DNA of 62,934 nt, counting the filler, from Sphaeroforma arctica JP610 (lineage: Eukaryota), in NCBI RefSeq assembly GCF_001186125.1. It is 6 parts of 3 records of this genome, joined end to end, with 100 filler letters (N's around TTAATTAATTAA, not from the genome) between each part and the next. Parts side by side here need not be neighbours in the genome. Positions count along the whole stretch, not along the records: positions 61,417 to 62,934 come from NW_014040528.1; 5 more parts are not named here. The stretch is one strand, 5' to 3'. A program made the position numbers and the translations under genes. Below the pieces are notes generated by a model. That model had not been told where the DNA came from. It saw only the letters and a list, made by a program, of their open reading frames with translations, and searched no databases. This document shows positions 61,557 through 62,934 of this stretch, piece by piece. The first letter of the stretch is position 1; each line of letters opens with the position of its first letter.

Positions 61557-61784
61557 CTAACAAGCTGCACCGAGAAATTTTGTTCAGAGTAATGATTGCG
61601 CGTGAATAGCATAGCTGGAAAGTTCAGCAAAAGAGTGTCAGCATGCACTCAGTACAACTATACGCATCTTGAAGCATGTGTACACTGTAGCTAAGCAACG
61701 GATAACTTACACTGAATCATTAATCGGAGCAATTGCCTGGCCGATAGAAGAGGGTCGCTGCAACAGCGACTTCACCCAGCTCAT
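58404..61784 (-). CDS. UBA3: NEDD8-activating enzyme E1 catalytic subunit; central exons hidden in the gap at 61317-61416
   Basis: Exons 61092-61007 ([27 protein letters not shown]), 60465-60387 ([26 protein letters not shown]), 60015-59799 ([10 protein letters not shown]...DCIVCS) and 58599-58404 (E2-binding domain, [23 protein letters not shown]...*). Probable first exon 61784-61711 ([13 protein letters not shown]...). Confidence 0.92.
58625..59140. repeat. ~70-bp tandem repeat spanning a gap, in the last UBA3 intron
   Basis: CCGTGAGCTTGCGGATGTGT occurs at 58626, 58997 and 59067, with TACCAAGTT(T)GTAT spacers. Confidence 0.8.
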
Positions 61785-62934
61785 CTCGTCTGAGTTTTAT
61801 TTTGCATTTATATTCTTATATGCATATATTTTCTCATGTATACAGTCGTTCCTTATGGAGTTTATGCATATGCGAACCAGTATCATGAAGCAATGCTAAT
61901 ATGTCTTCATAGTATTCGACTTCACCAACATTATTATAAAGATATCTCAAGAACAACGGCGATGGATACTGGATAGTATGTAACGTTGTTTACAACAAGC
62001 TGGCTATGTAGAGTTCAGTAAAAGGTGTTCGTGTTGATATATTAAATAATAATAATAATAAAACCCAAAATAGCTGAGGTTAAATATATGCTTTTCAGCG
62101 CCTTTTATTGTTTCCTCAAGGGGGGGGCCACTGGGGGTCTGGGACTGGCCAGTGGCCGTGGGGCTTGGAGTCTGAGTCTGGGACCTGTGTTTGTAACAAA
62201 TACTTTTTTAATATAAAATACGTTTGCGTTAGAACAACATAGCATTTACGTATACGGATATGACGTAACGGCCCTAAAGTTGTCTTTTTAGATGCGTGTT
62301 CTGAGTCCTGAGATGCAATTGTATGGTAAAACGCACCAACAGATTGTCCGTTTAATTCGCATAACATTAACGGTTTGTCCAGTCTTTTGGCCCGTAAATA
62401 AACGTATTTTTTAATAAAGATCGCTAGAGCAAAGGCAATTGGTTTGGGAGTTTCAGTTCAATCAGTTGGGACTGGGGACATCGTGAGTTAGCACTTCAGT
62501 CACAGTGCTCAGAGTTCACAACACAAGAGAGAGAGAGTGGTCAGTGGAGATTGGAGAAGAAAATATTTATAAAACTTTGTTGCGAAAAAGATTTCGTAAA
62601 ATTCCTTCACACGACTCGAACTCGAAGATCTCTCATAAATATTTTTTTCACGAAAATATTTCTAAAGCTTGTTGAAATTAAAAGGCAGCAGGTCACGTCA
62701 TCGCGACTTTTTAAGTTACTTCGGCTTTTCGGAGTTCCGATATTTTTGCACGACTCTCTTCTCTCTTCTGATGTGTCTTCTGATGTGTGAGAATGGGCAT
62801 TCAAATACGGTTATAAATACATATCGATATGTGCATACATTCTTTTAAAAAAAAATGTTATGTACACGTACCAATATATATATATAACTTGATACGTGTA
62901 TTACGCATCATCTTGTGTATACATTTTCATATAT

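Noticed and set aside
61093..61710. UBA3 apparently lacking its adenylation domain and catalytic cysteine
   Set aside because: The missing exons coincide with an unsized gap, so there is no evidence of real truncation.

Overview
Intron-rich eukaryotic draft-genome window (GT-AG introns, long AT/AC microsatellites, N-gaps; five ~100-nt placeholder gaps carry a TTAATTAATTAA stop linker). The gene content and assembly style suggest a unicellular opisthokont, possibly an ichthyosporean such as Sphaeroforma; this is inference only. Genes rebuilt by hand from splice sites and reading-frame phase: an unknown signal-anchor protein (-, partial), importin alpha (+), the 3' exons of an iron-containing alcohol dehydrogenase (-), the 5' exon of an HMG-CoA reductase with no membrane domain and a mitochondrial-type presequence (-), an SLC35F transporter (-), a 30-exon pentafunctional AROM (+), NAA50 (-), a POLE4/CHRAC1-like histone-fold protein (+), a membrane-anchored hexokinase-fold protein whose ATP-binding motifs have degenerated (-), a Q/P/G-rich protein with one GWNDPP motif (+), and UBA3 (-). 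The window also holds a decayed DIRS-type retrotransposon, several minisatellites and a trace of fosmid vector. The strongest leads are the probable pseudo-hexokinase (candidate sugar sensor), the stand-alone GWNDPP protein (candidate COPII regulator) and the soluble, probably mitochondrial HMG-CoA reductase.
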